A DNA stretch of 64,000 nt from Escherichia coli (GTDB lineage Bacteria; Pseudomonadota; Gammaproteobacteria; Enterobacterales; Enterobacteriaceae): NCBI RefSeq assembly GCF_050320075.1, contig NZ_CP190018.1. One strand, 5' to 3'. A model generated the notes under the pieces. The model worked only from the letters and a program-made list of their open reading frames with translations. It was not told where the DNA came from and searched no databases. Shown here piece after piece: positions 19,450-30,578 of the stretch. The translations under genes were made by a program, and so were the position numbers. Positions within the stretch are counted from its first letter, which is position 1; every line of letters begins with the position of its first letter.

Positions 19450-19875
19450 ATGGACATTGAGTTTTCGCAGATTCATGAAATGGTCTATATGCATGATATT
19501 GTAAATTCGGACTCGAAAAAGAAACCAAGGATTCCGTTAAAAAAATTCCTTAATGCTGAGAAAGTTCTCACGCAAACAACATCATGGGTACTAAATTCAA
19601 GATATGTGAATGTTAATTCTGTCAGTAAAGTCAACGTAAAGAGTAAAGTTAAAAACAGTTATATCTCACGATCTGTCAATGATGAGTTTAGTTTAACAGA
19701 TGATGAAATCAATTCTTTTAAAGAAACGTTAGTCCTTTCCTCTATTGATTCTCTAAGTAAACTGGTTCTTAATAATCCTCTTTCTGTATTGTTTACATCG
19801 ACTGTACGAAGGAATAATAATAGAGCTAAGATGAATGTTGAGTTCGACTCATGGATTTGCACCAGATGTTGTTGA
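19450..19875 (+). CDS. yqeK: hypothetical protein (141 aa)
   Basis: Start at MDIEFSQ; size matches remembered yqeK. Confidence 0.55.
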   Translation: MDIEFSQIHEMVYMHDIVNSDSKKKPRIPLKKFLNAEKVLTQTTSWVLNSRYVNVNSVSKVNVKSKVKNSYISRSVNDEFSLTDDEINSFKETLVLSSIDSLSKLVLNNPLSVLFTSTVRRNNNRAKMNVEFDSWICTRCC

Positions 19876-20023
19876 TACATGATATTTTGCATTGCAAGGT
19901 GATATCTAAAATGAAAGATGTTGATCAAAACTTTGATGCTTTATACTGGCATATACTACAAGCATATTTAATTTTATTGTTTTATGATTAACGAGGTTCC
20001 ATCTTTTTATTATCTATTTAAGT

Positions 20024-20518
20024 TTACCTTGCACAATGCATTATTGCTCTGTTACCAATACTCAAAATAAAAGCATGCTTACCTTGCTTTAGTATATTAT
20101 AGCTTACACTTTTTTCTGGAAAGACATAAAAATCAGGAATAAGTTCTGCAAGTCTATCATCATCGACTTGATCCATGATCTCAAATTTATTAACTTTCTT
20201 TGATGTTAAATGGGCTGTGTCATAGTTTTCAATCCATGTGTATTCAATATTTCGCCGTATTGACTTACTTTCTCTGTTACCTTGTTGCCAGGTTCCGCTC
20301 AACGCAACAGTTCCTGTTTTATTTTTTTGGTTATACATAAAGTCGATGGTAAGATTTGCTCGCCCCTTGTCATTAAAAATTACCCAATTTGCAGTGCATG
20401 TTTCATTATATATCATTTTTTCTGCAGTATAAGAGTAAACAATGAAGAGAATAAACCCACTGATAAAAACTAAAATAAATAATAAGTTTTTTTTATAATC
20501 AATCACGATTAACCTCAC
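20024..20518 (-). CDS. yqeJ: hypothetical membrane-anchored protein
   Basis: N-terminal transmembrane helix (LLFILVFISGFILFIVYSY); position matches. Confidence 0.6.
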   Translation of the reverse strand: MRLIVIDYKKNLLFILVFISGFILFIVYSYTAEKMIYNETCTANWVIFNDKGRANLTIDFMYNQKNKTGTVALSGTWQQGNRESKSIRRNIEYTWIENYDTAHLTSKKVNKFEIMDQVDDDRLAELIPDFYVFPEKSVSYNILKQGKHAFILSIGNRAIMHCAR

Positions 20519-21308
20519 GGTAAGACAGGGTTAAACAGCCTGCCACTTCATGTTGGTTATAGTTTTTATTGCATGCCATAACAATCATCCCTGGTGAGGA
20601 TTTTGCAAGAGGGAAGTATAACCACGGATATTTTTTACAGTTAATCCCCGAATCCAGTATCCGTGTCTTATATTTATCGAACTCTTTCAACCCATCAATT
20701 GTATCTTCTGTCACATTAAAATGGCAGCCATTAATTTCCGCAACAGTCTTGTAATCCTTGAAGAATGGCTTCGGTTGATTATTATTCCATAGCCAATGTG
20801 CAGAATATACGCCTATAGCAAATATGCTCAACATAATTAGATAACTTTTTATATGTTTGAGGATTTTGTTATTGAAATTGTTTGCGCCACCAATGCTCTC
20901 TTTGTACCCCGCATTACCTTTTATGGCAGGTGGGGCATTGTGTGTATGTGCGTCTGTTGAAGAGTTTATTACATGATTTTGTATGTTAATGTCATTATGA
21001 ATCTTGAATCCTCTTCTCGGCACGGTTGCAATAAGCGAGTGGGTGGTATCACCAACAGCGCGAAATCCGCGTCTGATAATGGATATGTTCTGATATAACG
21101 TGTTAGTTGGCACACGCATACCTTCTTCTTCCCAGACTCTGGTGAAAAAATCTTGTTGTGCAACCACATCAGGAAAAGCTTCAAGTAGAAGTGATAAACA
21201 ACGACTGGCTGGCGTTGTCAGAACGACGTTAAGATCGGCGTTATGTACCGATATTAATTTTCGGTGCTCAGGCCAGAACTCGATATTATCGTTAATAATC
21301 CAGTACAT
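20499..21308 (-). CDS. yqeI: ToxR/CadC-like membrane transcriptional regulator (269 aa)
   Basis: N-terminal OmpR-type winged helix followed by a transmembrane segment (IMLSIFAIGVYSAHWLW). Confidence 0.8.
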   Translation of the reverse strand: MYWIINDNIEFWPEHRKLISVHNADLNVVLTTPASRCLSLLLEAFPDVVAQQDFFTRVWEEEGMRVPTNTLYQNISIIRRGFRAVGDTTHSLIATVPRRGFKIHNDINIQNHVINSSTDAHTHNAPPAIKGNAGYKESIGGANNFNNKILKHIKSYLIMLSIFAIGVYSAHWLWNNNQPKPFFKDYKTVAEINGCHFNVTEDTIDGLKEFDKYKTRILDSGINCKKYPWLYFPLAKSSPGMIVMACNKNYNQHEVAGCLTLSYREVNRD

Positions 21309-21641
21309 ACGTCAATAGACACTAAATCAATCAAAATGGAAATCACATAGTTTGCTAAGTATATTGGTATTTACGGCATAAATATATATTAATTTTATAT
21401 TTATCATAATGATTGAAATGAGGCTTTAATGTCGCAACGTAAAACTTTACGTAAATTAACATGATTAACATTTATGCCACTATTGTTTGTAAATTCATAT
21501 TTCGTAATGCTTCTGAATTTTTCGTGTGATGGTTTTAAATACCATGTTGTTTACTCTTGGGGTTACTGCTTATTTGTAAAATACGGGCATTTCAATAGAT
21601 GCCCGTATAAGCAGAGTATGATTCTGGCAGATTATTTAGTA

Positions 21642-22274
21642 TCAATGTTGGACCGAATGTGAACGAATAAATAACTCGTTTATTTTACCACCCATTCTCT
21701 TTTCGATTCGTTGCTTGTACGCGTAGATGCTACGGATATCCATATCCAGAACTTCAGCAATCTGATATGGATTATAACCAGAAACCATATATCCCATTAT
21801 GGTGAATTCCATCTGAGTTAATGTATTCCCTCTGGTAAATGATAAATAACGACCAATAAATAGTTGTCTGATCTTTTCATTGGCAACATCAAGACCATCA
21901 TCATTATATATGACAGCAGATATTGCAGAGTTGTGTTTTCGCCAGTAGTTAGCTAACGATTGCATATTGCGGTCGCTGACTAAAACAATCCCCATGTCAG
22001 TACTTGCAAGATAGTCAATCCAGTCTTTTTCAAGGAATAGACGTAAAAAACTTACTGAAAAATCGACAAAAATATATCCGCTTAATCTCGCATTGTGGTT
22101 TTTTGTTAAAATACCTTCCACCACACCACGATTAAAATATGAACTTTCTTCGGGCCACATACAAAAACACGAGTTTGCGCAATACTGCAAACGCGGTGAC
22201 TCTTCTGGCATTATTTGGCAATGCATTGAGCAACTATTGCATGTAAGACTTTTATAACGACTACAAAGCCCCAT
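21642..22274 (-). CDS. yqeH: LuxR-type transcriptional regulator (210 aa)
   Basis: C-terminal LuxR HTH (GYNPYQIAEVLDMDIRSIYAYKQRIEKRMG); start taken at MGLCSRYK. Confidence 0.75.
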   Translation of the reverse strand: MGLCSRYKSLTCNSCSMHCQIMPEESPRLQYCANSCFCMWPEESSYFNRGVVEGILTKNHNARLSGYIFVDFSVSFLRLFLEKDWIDYLASTDMGIVLVSDRNMQSLANYWRKHNSAISAVIYNDDGLDVANEKIRQLFIGRYLSFTRGNTLTQMEFTIMGYMVSGYNPYQIAEVLDMDIRSIYAYKQRIEKRMGGKINELFIRSHSVQH

Positions 22275-22733
22275 GTTAAGAACCTCCCTATCCGTATATA
22301 ATTGCATAATTTCATTGGTTATTGATGATGTCAATACACCATGATTTTGTAAATTTGCTGGGAAAAATTGCGATTAATCTGAATTTGCTATAATTCTGAG
22401 TAAAGCATTTAAAAATGCATTTCTCGTTATTAAATATGATTATGTTTCACTGATTTAATCTTACCTGGTTGATGGTGGTTCAGATAACTATCTCATGGTA
22501 TGAGAATATCTATATCGCAAATTGTTTTTGAATGACCAGAAGATATCTTGCGAATCTAAGTTATGCATCTTAAATAGTCTTATTTAAGATGTTCAGATCT
22601 CTTTGTGTGTTTAACTAACTGATAATACTAGGATATGACGAGAGAAGTGATAGAGCGGAGTTATAACAAATGAACATTATGAAAACTGGAATGGTTCAAA
22701 ATTGTAGCAATTTTGAACCATTCACAATGGATA

Positions 22734-23963
22734 TTAGCTAAAGAACATTACCGATACGCACAGGATACCCACGATCAGCGTAATCAGATTTCCGATGGAA
22801 CGCCAGGGTTTAAGCGCCGGGATGAGATACGTTGACAGCGTAGGCATGATGAAAAGTATCATGGCAATGAGCGGGCCGCTGATCGCGTAAATCATCGAAA
22901 TCGCGTTCGGGTTAATGCAACAAACAATGAAGGTAATCAGCGATACCAACATAATTGATAGTGCGCGGTTAAATGCACGACTTTTCTTTACACCAACCTG
23001 CTGTAGTGTTGTTTTGACGACCTCTGTGGCACCTTCAATAACGCCAAAGTACGTACCCAGGAATGATTTCGACATCGCAACTACTGCGACAATAATCCCG
23101 GAAATTGACAACCATGCTGGGGCGTTCGGCAGCATAGAAAGCGCCGATAAAATGGTAACCCCTTCTTCTTTAGCCGCTTCAATATACGAAGGTGGAATAG
23201 AAAGCAGGCAGCTAAAGACAAAGAACAGTACACTTATGCAGATGATGAGATAAGCGACTTTCATAATTTTTTTGCATTTATCCATAGCATGTTCGCCATA
23301 TTTTTCACGTCTGTCTATGGCAAACGTAGAAATAATGGGCGTATGGCTAAAGGCGAAAACCATCACGGGAATCGATATCCATATCTGGTGAAGGGTATTC
23401 TGATTGAACTCTACCTGGGTAGTTAATAGATCAGGTTGCCAACTACCGACCAGGTAAATAGAAAGAAATAAGAAATAGGCAATCAATGGGAATACCAAAA
23501 ATCCCATTACCCGAATAGTGGCATGGCGTCCCATCAGAAAAATGAGATTCAGGATTAATACAACACCCAGACTCACCAACATACGGATGCGAAGATCAAT
23601 AACCATATGCTTTGCCAGCTGTTCCGTAAGTGAGTTGGTAATTGCCACGGCATATATCAACACGACGACAAAAAAGGCGATGAAGTACAGCGTGGTAATC
23701 AGATTACCAATCTTCTTGCCATAGTAGTGTGTTACCGCGCCCGTTATCCCTTCACCTGCTGATGTTTTTGATGAGAGGATGAACTGGCATAAGGCTTTAT
23801 GTGGCCAATATGTTAAAGGCCAGGCGACCAGAGCAGTAATAAACAGGACCACAGCCCCTGCCGAACCTAACTGAATAGGAAGGAAGAGCGTGCCTGCACC
23901 AACGGCTGTGCCGTAGAGCGCGAAACTCCACAGAGTTTCTTCTTTTGACCAAATATTAGACAT
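22734..23963 (-). CDS. yqeG: HAAAP-family serine/amino-acid transporter-like inner membrane protein
   Basis: 409 aa polytopic membrane protein; conserved neighbour of yqeF. Confidence 0.9.
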   Translation of the reverse strand: MSNIWSKEETLWSFALYGTAVGAGTLFLPIQLGSAGAVVLFITALVAWPLTYWPHKALCQFILSSKTSAGEGITGAVTHYYGKKIGNLITTLYFIAFFVVVLIYAVAITNSLTEQLAKHMVIDLRIRMLVSLGVVLILNLIFLMGRHATIRVMGFLVFPLIAYFLFLSIYLVGSWQPDLLTTQVEFNQNTLHQIWISIPVMVFAFSHTPIISTFAIDRREKYGEHAMDKCKKIMKVAYLIICISVLFFVFSCLLSIPPSYIEAAKEEGVTILSALSMLPNAPAWLSISGIIVAVVAMSKSFLGTYFGVIEGATEVVKTTLQQVGVKKSRAFNRALSIMLVSLITFIVCCINPNAISMIYAISGPLIAMILFIMPTLSTYLIPALKPWRSIGNLITLIVGILCVSVMFFS

Positions 23964-24217
23964 TATCTGAACGTATCATCTACAAATTAAACAAAATGGA
24001 GGGCAATTTACCATAAACCAGGTTAAGTATGGGAGATTAACGCCCTTTCTACCTCTCTATTGGTGGGTTAGTGGTTGCAAACCTTACGTGCCAGTTATGT
24101 CTCTGACTGCTGGTCAGGCGTATTTCCTTTGTGATAAAAATCACTTTTTTTAAACAATTAAGATAACTGTAATTAACAATCATTTACTATTGCACTGTTA
24201 ATTGGTGCGAGGTTGTG

Positions 24218-25399
24218 ATGAAAGACGTTGTGATTGTCGGGGCGTTACGGACACCTATCGGCTGCTTTCGTGGTGCGTTAGCGGGTCATTCCGCCGTGGA
24301 ACTTGGCAGCCTGGTCGTGAAAGCATTAATAGAACGTACCGGTGTTTCTGCATATGCGGTGGATGAAGTGATTCTTGGTCAGGTGTTGACTGCAGGGGCA
24401 GGGCAGAATCCGGCAAGGCAATCGGCTATTAAAGGTGGTCTTCCTAATAGCGTTTCTGCAATCACGATTAATGACGTTTGCGGTTCCGGGCTTAAAGCAC
24501 TGCATCTGGCTACTCAGGCGATACAGTGTGGCGAGGCTGATATTGTCATCGCCGGTGGTCAGGAAAACATGAGTCGCGCACCACATGTTCTGACTGATAG
24601 CCGCACCGGTGCACAGCTTGGCAATAGCCAGTTGGTTGACAGTCTTGTGCACGATGGGTTGTGGGATGCCTTCAATGATTATCATATTGGTGTCACCGCC
24701 GAAAATCTGGCTCGCGAATATGGCATCAGCCGTCAGTTGCAGGATGCTTACGCACTTAGCTCGCAACAAAAAGCGCGAGCGGCGATTGACGCCGGACGAT
24801 TTAAAGATGAGATCGTCCCGGTAATGACCCAAAGTAACGGTCAGACGTTGGTTGTTGATACCGATGAACAGCCACGCACTGACGCCAGTGCAGAAGGCTT
24901 AGCCCGTTTAAATCCTTCATTTGATAGTCTCGGCTCTGTGACAGCGGGTAATGCATCATCCATAAACGATGGCGCAGCTGCAGTAATGATGATGAGCGAA
25001 GCCAAAGCACGAGCGTTGAATTTACCCGTGCTGGCCCGCATCCGCGCATTTGCCAGTGTTGGTGTAGATCCGGCATTGATGGGAATTGCGCCGGTGTATG
25101 CGACCCGCCGTTGCCTGGAGCGTGTTGGCTGGCAGTTGGCTGATGTCGATCTTATCGAGGCTAATGAAGCGTTTGCTGCACAGGCGCTTTCGGTTGGCAA
25201 GATGCTTGAATGGGATGAGCGTCGGGTCAATGTCAATGGTGGCGCGATCGCACTCGGTCACCCAATAGGCGCTTCCGGTTGCCGAATCCTCGTTTCTCTG
25301 GTTCATGAAATGGTGAAACGTAATGCCCGCAAAGGACTGGCTACGCTTTGTATCGGCGGGGGCCAGGGCGTGGCATTGACCATTGAACGTGACGAATAG
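24218..25399 (+). CDS. yqeF: acetyl-CoA acetyltransferase (thiolase)
   Basis: Thiolase motifs (NDVCGSGLKAL active-site Cys region; C-terminal GHPIGASGCR and CIGGGQG). Confidence 0.9.
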   Translation: MKDVVIVGALRTPIGCFRGALAGHSAVELGSLVVKALIERTGVSAYAVDEVILGQVLTAGAGQNPARQSAIKGGLPNSVSAITINDVCGSGLKALHLATQAIQCGEADIVIAGGQENMSRAPHVLTDSRTGAQLGNSQLVDSLVHDGLWDAFNDYHIGVTAENLAREYGISRQLQDAYALSSQQKARAAIDAGRFKDEIVPVMTQSNGQTLVVDTDEQPRTDASAEGLARLNPSFDSLGSVTAGNASSINDGAAAVMMMSEAKARALNLPVLARIRAFASVGVDPALMGIAPVYATRRCLERVGWQLADVDLIEANEAFAAQALSVGKMLEWDERRVNVNGGAIALGHPIGASGCRILVSLVHEMVKRNARKGLATLCIGGGQGVALTIERDE

Positions 25400-25555
25400 C
25401 TCTGCATTTCCTCCTTACCGATAAATATCAGCCGTCATTAATCTGTTGAATAATGGTGGCTGGCGAGTCGACATACATTTTCAGGGCTCCCTGATTTTTC
25501 CATTCTCATGACATATTCGTGATCGACACTGCACTTTTTTCAGTCCTTAACTTAA

Positions 25556-25576
25556 AAATGAAACATTGTTTTATTT
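25556..25576. promoter_or_regulatory. KdgR operator-like palindrome upstream of kduI
   Basis: AAATGAAACATTGTTTTATTT matches the remembered KdgR box form (AAATGAAACA N TGTTTCATTT). Confidence 0.45.
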
Positions 25577-25685
25577 TTAATTGAAAACCCTATCCCGTGG
25601 GCATATCATCCCCTTATAGAGAAAACGAAACAGCGTTTCACTATCGTTTTCTATTTTCACGCTTCACTGATTATCGGAGGTTGAT

Positions 25686-26522
25686 GTGGACGTAAGACAG
25701 AGCATCCACAGTGCGCATGCAAAAACGCTGGATACCCAGGGGCTGCGCAATGAATTTTTGGTTGAAAAGGTATTTGTCGCCGATGAGTACACCATGGTTT
25801 ACAGCCACATTGACCGTATAATTGTTGGCGGCATTATGCCGGTAACTAAAACGGTTTCCGTTGGCGGGGAAGTTGGTAAACAACTCGGCGTAAGCTATTT
25901 CCTGGAACGTCGCGAGTTAGGTGTTATCAATATTGGCGGTGCCGGTACGATTACTGTCGATGGTCAATGCTATGAAATCGGTCACCGCGACGCCCTGTAT
26001 GTTGGTAAAGGTGCAAAAGAAGTTGTCTTTGCCAGTATTGATACCGCCACTCCGGCGAAGTTTTATTACAATTGCGCACCCGCGCATACGACGTATCCCA
26101 CCAAAAAAGTCACACCGGACGAAGTATCTCCAGTCACGTTAGGCGATAACCTCACCAGTAACCGTCGCACGATTAACAAATATTTTGTCCCGGATGTACT
26201 GGAAACCTGCCAATTGAGTATGGGGCTGACGGAGCTGGCTCCGGGTAACTTGTGGAACACCATGCCGTGTCACACCCACGAGCGCCGGATGGAAGTTTAT
26301 TTCTATTTCAATATGGATGATGACGCCTGCGTTTTCCACATGATGGGGCAGCCGCAAGAAACGCGTCATATTGTGATGCATAACGAGCAGGCGGTGATCT
26401 CCCCGAGCTGGTCGATCCATTCCGGTGTCGGAACCAAAGCTTATACCTTTATCTGGGGCATGGTCGGTGAAAACCAGGTCTTTGATGATATGGACCATGT
26501 GGCCGTTAAAGATTTGCGCTAG
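25686..26522 (+). CDS. kduI: 5-dehydro-4-deoxy-D-glucuronate isomerase
   Basis: 278 aa; position and sequence consistent with KduI. Confidence 0.95.
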
Positions 26523-26551
26523 TTGTGGGCATAAACGAATAAGGTATTGTT

Positions 26552-27313
26552 ATGATTTTAAGTGCATTTTCTCTCGAAGGTAAAGTTGCGGTCGTCACTG
26601 GTTGTGATACTGGACTGGGTCAGGGGATGGCGTTGGGGCTGGCGCAAGCGGGCTGTGACATTGTTGGCATTAACATCGTTGAACCGACTGAAACCATCAA
26701 GCAGGTCACGGCGCTGGGGCGTCGTTTTTTAAGCCTGACCGCCGATCTGCGAAAGATTGATGGCATTCCAGCACTGCTGGATCGCGCGGTAGCTGAGTTT
26801 GGTCATATTGATATCCTGGTGAATAACGCCGGATTGATTCGGCGCGAAGATGCTCTCGAGTTCAGCGAAAAAGACTGGGACGATGTCATGAACCTGAATA
26901 TCAAGAGCGTATTCTTCATGTCTCAGGCAGCGGCGAAACACTTTATCGCGCAAGGCAATGGCGGCAAGATTATCAATATCGCGTCAATGCTCTCCTTCCA
27001 GGGCGGGATCCGTGTGCCTTCTTATACCGCATCAAAAAGCGGCGTGATGGGCGTGACGCGATTGATGGCGAATGAATGGGCTAAACACAACATTAATGTT
27101 AATGCGATAGCTCCGGGTTACATGGCAACCAACAATACTCAACAACTACGGGCAGATGAACAACGTAGCGCGGAAATTCTCGACCGCATTCCAGCTGGCC
27201 GTTGGGGACTGCCGAGTGACCTGATGGGGCCGGTAGTGTTCCTTGCCTCCAGCGCTTCAGATTATGTGAATGGTTATACCATTGCCGTGGATGGCGGTTG
27301 GCTGGCTCGTTAA
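26552..27313 (+). CDS. kduD: 2-dehydro-3-deoxy-D-gluconate 5-dehydrogenase (short-chain dehydrogenase)
   Basis: 253 aa; Rossmann TGCDTGLG motif and YTASK catalytic motif. Confidence 0.95.
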   Translation: MILSAFSLEGKVAVVTGCDTGLGQGMALGLAQAGCDIVGINIVEPTETIKQVTALGRRFLSLTADLRKIDGIPALLDRAVAEFGHIDILVNNAGLIRREDALEFSEKDWDDVMNLNIKSVFFMSQAAAKHFIAQGNGGKIINIASMLSFQGGIRVPSYTASKSGVMGVTRLMANEWAKHNINVNAIAPGYMATNNTQQLRADEQRSAEILDRIPAGRWGLPSDLMGPVVFLASSASDYVNGYTIAVDGGWLAR

Positions 27314-27528
27314 TTCATTTCTCTTACTTTTATGACCCTGCCGCATGGCAGGGTTTTTTATACCTGTAGATCATCATAATCCATATCATGGTTATGAAAT
27401 AATCCATATCAATTATCAATTAATGAACTTTATGAATTTTATCTGCTTTAAAATTAGGTGGTTAATAATAATCTCAATTATTCAACTTAATTTGAAAATT
27501 GGAATATCCATCACATAACGACATGTCG

Positions 27529-27570
27529 TAGCAATTTAATCCATATTTATGCTATTTCCGACCTGACACC
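27529..27570. promoter_or_regulatory. AraC-binding direct repeats of the araE promoter
   Basis: TAGCAATTTAATCCATATTTATGCTATTTCCGACCTGACACC parallels the araBAD araI half-sites. Confidence 0.55.
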
Positions 27571-27627
27571 TGTGTGAATTGTTCACGTATTTTTTCACTA
27601 TGTCTTACTCTCTGCTGGCAGGAAAAA

Positions 27628-29046
27628 ATGGTTACTATCAATACGGAATCTGCTTTAACGCCACGTCCTCTGCGGGATACGCGGCGTATGAATATGTTTG
27701 TTTCGGTAGCTGCTGCGGTCGCAGGATTGTTATTTGGTCTTGATATCGGCGTAATCGCCGGAGCGTTGCCGTTCATTACCGATCACTTTGTGCTGACCAG
27801 CCGTTTGCAGGAATGGGTGGTCAGTAGCATGATGCTCGGCGCGGCAATTGGTGCGCTGTTTAATGGTTGGCTGTCGTTCCGCCTGGGGCGTAAATACAGC
27901 CTGATGGCGGGGGCCATCCTGTTTGTGCTCGGCTCGATAGGGTCCGCTTTTGCGACCAGCGTAGAGATGTTAATCGCCGCTCGTGTGGTGCTGGGCATTG
28001 CTGTCGGGATCGCGTCTTACACCGCTCCTCTGTATCTTTCTGAAATGGCCAGTGAAAACGTTCGCGGTAAGATGATCAGTATGTACCAGTTGATGGTCAC
28101 ACTCGGCATCGTGCTGGCGTTTTTATCCGATACAGCGTTCAGTTATAGCGGTAACTGGCGCGCAATGTTGGGGGTTCTTGCTTTACCAGCAGTCCTGCTG
28201 ATTATTCTGGTTGTCTTCCTGCCAAATAGCCCGCGCTGGCTGGCGGAAAAAGGGCGTCATATTGAGGCGGAAGAAGTATTGCGTATGCTGCGCGATACGT
28301 CGGAAAAAGCGCGAGAAGAACTCAACGAAATTCGTGAAAGCCTGAAGTTAAAACAGGGCGGTTGGGCACTGTTTAAGATCAACCGTAACGTCCGTCGTGC
28401 TGTATTTCTCGGTATGTTGTTGCAGGCGATGCAGCAGTTTACCGGTATGAACATCATCATGTACTACGCGCCGCGTATCTTCAAAATGGCGGGCTTTACG
28501 ACCACAGAACAACAGATGATTGCGACTCTGGTCGTGGGGCTGACCTTTATGTTCGCCACCTTCATTGCGGTCTTTACGGTAGATAAAGCAGGGCGTAAGC
28601 CGGCTCTGAAAATTGGTTTCAGCGTGATGGCGTTAGGCACTCTGGTGCTGGGTTACTGCCTGATGCAGTTTGATAACGGTACGGCTTCCAGTGGCTTGTC
28701 CTGGCTCTCTGTTGGCATGACGATGATGTGTATTGCCGGTTATGCGATGAGCGCCGCGCCAGTGGTGTGGATCTTGTGCTCTGAAATTCAGCCGCTGAAA
28801 TGCCGCGATTTTGGCATCACCTGCTCAACGACGACAAACTGGGTGTCGAATATGATTATCGGCGCGACCTTCCTGACACTGCTTGATAGCATTGGCGCTG
28901 CCGGTACATTCTGGCTCTACACTGCGCTGAACATTGCGTTTGTGGGCATCACTTTCTGGCTCATTCCGGAAACCAAAAATGTCACCCTGGAACATATCGA
29001 ACGCAAACTGATGGCAGGCGAGAAGTTGAGAAATATCGGCGTCTGA
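27628..29046 (+). CDS. araE: arabinose:proton symporter (MFS)
   Basis: 472 aa from [13 protein letters not shown]; the ORF track's longer form has an 18-codon upstream extension. Confidence 0.95.
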   Translation: MVTINTESALTPRPLRDTRRMNMFVSVAAAVAGLLFGLDIGVIAGALPFITDHFVLTSRLQEWVVSSMMLGAAIGALFNGWLSFRLGRKYSLMAGAILFVLGSIGSAFATSVEMLIAARVVLGIAVGIASYTAPLYLSEMASENVRGKMISMYQLMVTLGIVLAFLSDTAFSYSGNWRAMLGVLALPAVLLIILVVFLPNSPRWLAEKGRHIEAEEVLRMLRDTSEKAREELNEIRESLKLKQGGWALFKINRNVRRAVFLGMLLQAMQQFTGMNIIMYYAPRIFKMAGFTTTEQQMIATLVVGLTFMFATFIAVFTVDKAGRKPALKIGFSVMALGTLVLGYCLMQFDNGTASSGLSWLSVGMTMMCIAGYAMSAAPVVWILCSEIQPLKCRDFGITCSTTTNWVSNMIIGATFLTLLDSIGAAGTFWLYTALNIAFVGITFWLIPETKNVTLEHIERKLMAGEKLRNIGV

Positions 29047-29052
29047 TTTCAC

Positions 29053-29086
29053 GGGCCGGATGTGCTGTACATCCGGCCCTTTTTTG
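29053..29086 (+). terminator. rho-independent terminator after araE
   Basis: GGGCCGGATG...CATCCGGCCC hairpin followed by TTTTTTG. Confidence 0.65.
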
Positions 29087-29087
29087 T

Positions 29088-29798
29088 GCACAGAAAACCC
29101 CCAGCTAGGCTGGGGGTTCCGGAAAGCTTTCAGCTTTGAGCCAGTTATTCAAACCCCTTTTGATTTGTTAAAACACCTTGCGGTCTGGCAACTGCAAGTG
29201 TCAAACAAGAAATCAAAAGGGGGTCCCAATGGGGGACGAAAAGAGCTTAGCGCACACCCGCTGGAACTGTAAATATCACATAGTTTTTGCGCCGAAATAC
29301 CGAAGACTGGCGTTTTACGGAGAGAAGCGTAGGGCGATAGGCAGTATTTTGAGAAAGCTGTGTGAGTGGAAAAGCGTACGGATTCTGGAAGCAGAGTGCC
29401 GCGCAGATCATATCCATATGCTTGTGGAAATCCCACCCAAAATGAGCGTATCCGGCTTTATGGGATATCTGAAAGGGAAAAGCAGTCTGATGCTTTACGA
29501 GCAGTTTGGGGATTTGAAATTCAAATACAGAAACAGGGAGTTCTGGTGCCGAGGGTACTATGTCGATACGGTGGGTAAGAACACGGCGAAGATACAGGAC
29601 TACATAAAGCACCAGCTTGAAGAGGATAAAATGGGGGAGCAGTTATCGATTCCATATCCGGGCAGCCCGTTTACGGGCCGTAAGTAACGAAGTTGAATGC
29701 AAATGTCAGATCGTATGCGCCTGTTAGGGCGCGGCTGGTAACAGAGCCTTACAGGCGCATTTGAAAAACCTCCGGCTATGCCGGAGGATATTTATTCG
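29088..29798 (+). mobile_element. IS200-like insertion element (IS200/IS605 family), boundaries approximate
   Basis: Subterminal hairpins at both ends (AAAACCCCCAGCTAGGCTGGGGG at 29098..29116; AAAACCTCCGGCTATGCCGGAGG at 29769..29787) flank a Y1 transposase gene; ~710 bp. Confidence 0.7.
29229..29687 (+). CDS. tnpA: IS200 transposase TnpA (HuH/Y1 family)
   Basis: 152 aa from MGDEKSLAHTRWNCKYHIVFAPKYRR; HIHMLVEIPPK HuH motif. Confidence 0.9.
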   Translation: MGDEKSLAHTRWNCKYHIVFAPKYRRLAFYGEKRRAIGSILRKLCEWKSVRILEAECRADHIHMLVEIPPKMSVSGFMGYLKGKSSLMLYEQFGDLKFKYRNREFWCRGYYVDTVGKNTAKIQDYIKHQLEEDKMGEQLSIPYPGSPFTGRK

Positions 29799-29885
29799 TT
29801 AATAGAGATTGGGCACCTGGCCGTTGAGGCGTTTGTCTCGTTCCTTATTCAGCCTTGTTGCGGTAACACACATCAGGAGAGAGGA

Positions 29886-30578
29886 ATGAAAACAATTGGT
29901 TTGCTGGGAGGAATGAGTTGGGAATCCACTATTCCTTATTATCGTCTGATTAATGAAGGTATTAAACAGCGGCTTGGTGGGCTTCACTCTGCGCAAGTGC
30001 TGCTACATAGCGTCGATTTTCATGAAATAGAAGAGTGCCAGCGTCGCGGCGAGTGGGACAAAACCGGGGACATTTTGGCTGAGGCGGCGCTTGGCTTACA
30101 GCGGGCGGGCGCAGAAGGCATTGTGTTATGTACCAATACGATGCACAAAGTGGCGGATGCCATTGAGTCTCGTTGCTCTCTGCCTTTCTTACACATTGCG
30201 GATGCCACCGGACGTGCAATTACCGGGGCCGGGATGACTCGTGTGGCGCTGCTGGGTACGCGTTACACCATGGAACAGGATTTTTATCGCGGGCGGCTGA
30301 CGGAACAATTTTCCATCAACTGTCTCATTCCTGAAGCGGATGAACGGGCGAAAATTAATCAGATTATTTTTGAAGAACTGTGTCTGGGGCAATTTACCGA
30401 AGCGTCACGCACTTATTATGCGCAAGTGATTGCTCGCCTTGCAGAACAGGGCGCACAGGGCGTCATTTTTGGCTGTACGGAAATTGGTTTACTGGTGCCA
30501 GAAGAGCGCAGTGTTCTGCCTGTGTTTGATACCGCGGCGATCCATGCCGAGGATGCTGTCGCTTTTATGCTGTCGTAG
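29886..30578 (+). CDS. ygeA: Asp/Glu racemase-family amino-acid racemase
   Basis: 230 aa from [15 protein letters not shown]; the longer ORF-track form starts upstream without support. Confidence 0.9.
   Translation: MKTIGLLGGMSWESTIPYYRLINEGIKQRLGGLHSAQVLLHSVDFHEIEECQRRGEWDKTGDILAEAALGLQRAGAEGIVLCTNTMHKVADAIESRCSLPFLHIADATGRAITGAGMTRVALLGTRYTMEQDFYRGRLTEQFSINCLIPEADERAKINQIIFEELCLGQFTEASRTYYAQVIARLAEQGAQGVIFGCTEIGLLVPEERSVLPVFDTAAIHAEDAVAFMLS

Noticed and set aside
27572-27587. TGTGA-N5-TCACG as a CRP site downstream of the araE AraC site
   Set aside because: Spacing is one nucleotide short of the CRP consensus and the site lies downstream of the AraC repeats. Not called.
29060-29612. ORFs overlapping IS200 tnpA on either strand
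   Set aside because: Shadow ORFs across a structured insertion element; only the Y1 transposase frame matches a known protein.
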